Positions 63,534-64,000 of a stretch of 64,000 bases of DNA are shown one piece after another. The stretch spans positions 12,630 to 76,629 of the forward strand of contig USFG01000003.1 in the NCBI GenBank assembly GCA_900553855.1, in the 5' to 3' direction. A program made the translations under genes and the position numbers. Numbering within the stretch: the first letter of the stretch is position 1; the number at the start of each line of letters is the position of its first letter. Origin of the DNA: an uncultured Mycoplasmatota bacterium (GTDB lineage Bacteria; Bacillota_I; Bacilli_A; RF39; UBA660). Under the pieces are notes generated by a model, which worked only from the letters and a program-made list of their open reading frames with translations, was not told where the DNA came from and did not search any database.

Positions 63534-63989
63534 TTATTTTTTTATTAATGTTTTTTCTTTGTTATAATTTTCTTTAACAGTTTCAAGTATTTCCTTTACT
63601 CTAGAAATAGAGTAAAAATCTAATGTGTTTATATTTAATACTTCTTTTAGAGAGATATTTTCATTTAGTAATACATCGCCATATTTATCTATTTCATCTT
63701 TCATTTCAAAAAACTCATGATATTTTAAGACATCTTTACTTAATTTTAAATCACAAACTAAGTTATATATAAATCTTGCAATGTTTGCACCTGCAATAGC
63801 TAATACAAGACTATAAATTATTTTATAAATATCAGAACGATAGATATAGTATTGTGGGTATGTGCTTAAATTATATGTCATACAAACAGATATAAACGTA
63901 TTTGTTATTAATCTTGAAAAATCATATTTAATTTTTAAAGGTAATCTATTAAATTCGATTGCTTCCCTAGCCATAGCTTGCATAATCAT
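63534..63989 (-). CDS. Hypothetical protein
   Basis: Intact 151-aa ORF with one or two hydrophobic segments. No recognisable family. Confidence 0.4.
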   Translation of the reverse strand: MIMQAMAREAIEFNRLPLKIKYDFSRLITNTFISVCMTYNLSTYPQYYIYRSDIYKIIYSLVLAIAGANIARFIYNLVCDLKLSKDVLKYHEFFEMKDEIDKYGDVLLNENISLKEVLNINTLDFYSISRVKEILETVKENYNKEKTLIKK

Positions 63990-64000
63990 TTCATTTAATA

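Noticed and set aside
1-64000. CRISPR arrays, tRNA/rRNA genes, prophage structural genes, restriction-modification or other recognisable defence systems.
   Set aside because: Intergenic regions are short and were read individually. No repeat-spacer pattern, no cloverleaf-like GC-rich segments, and no nuclease, helicase or methylase motifs were seen.

Overview
Very AT-rich (by eye about one quarter G+C) Firmicutes-type chromosomal segment. Almost every credible gene is on the minus strand, and many neighbours overlap by 4-20 nt. No rRNA, tRNA or CRISPR array was seen.

Core genes:
- ireB-ruvX-DUF1292-mltG and ftsK.
- miaA-mutL, yqeG-yqeH, mutS and frr.
- dnaB-dnaI, ftsE-ftsX-M23 and rmuC.
- A ytxB-like TVP38 gene, mtaB, and a T-box-controlled thrS.
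- The sporulation genes spoVID-ysxE and cotE indicate an endospore-former.

Accessory content between the core genes:
1. A ~19 kb, 19-gene type IV secretion-like locus (23.9-42.8 kb). It encodes VirD4, a split VirB4, a VirB3-like protein and an extended VirB6-like protein. It also has a cell-wall hydrolase with a degenerate M23 domain plus a lysozyme domain, and three paralogous VirB2-like membrane proteins. An embedded Tad-like trio (TadZ-like pseudo-ATPase, TadE-like, Flp-like Cys-rich peptide) and two Thr-rich surface proteins complete it. I could not find a relaxase, integrase or other DNA-processing gene in the locus.
2. A two-gene pseudopilin operon whose large member fuses a canonical type IV prepilin leader to two tandem glycine-rich (ALK/LTK-type) modules.
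3. Four dispersed paralogues with a TasA/camelysin-like (SipW-type) signal and beta-sandwich N-terminus fused to different C-terminal modules. One of them is the last gene of the T4SS-like operon.
4. Two homologous type I toxin-antitoxin-like modules (4.63-4.98 kb and 63.18-63.51 kb). Each has a ~30-codon hydrophobic peptide gene and a convergent antisense sRNA, both with near-consensus promoters, plus anti-SD and 5'-3' fold-back complementarity that is retained with different sequence in the two copies.
5. A frameshifted Rpn/YhgA-like transposase remnant between mutS and yqeG, and an orphan HipA-like kinase.

All functional calls come from motif and architecture recognition by eye. No database search was run.
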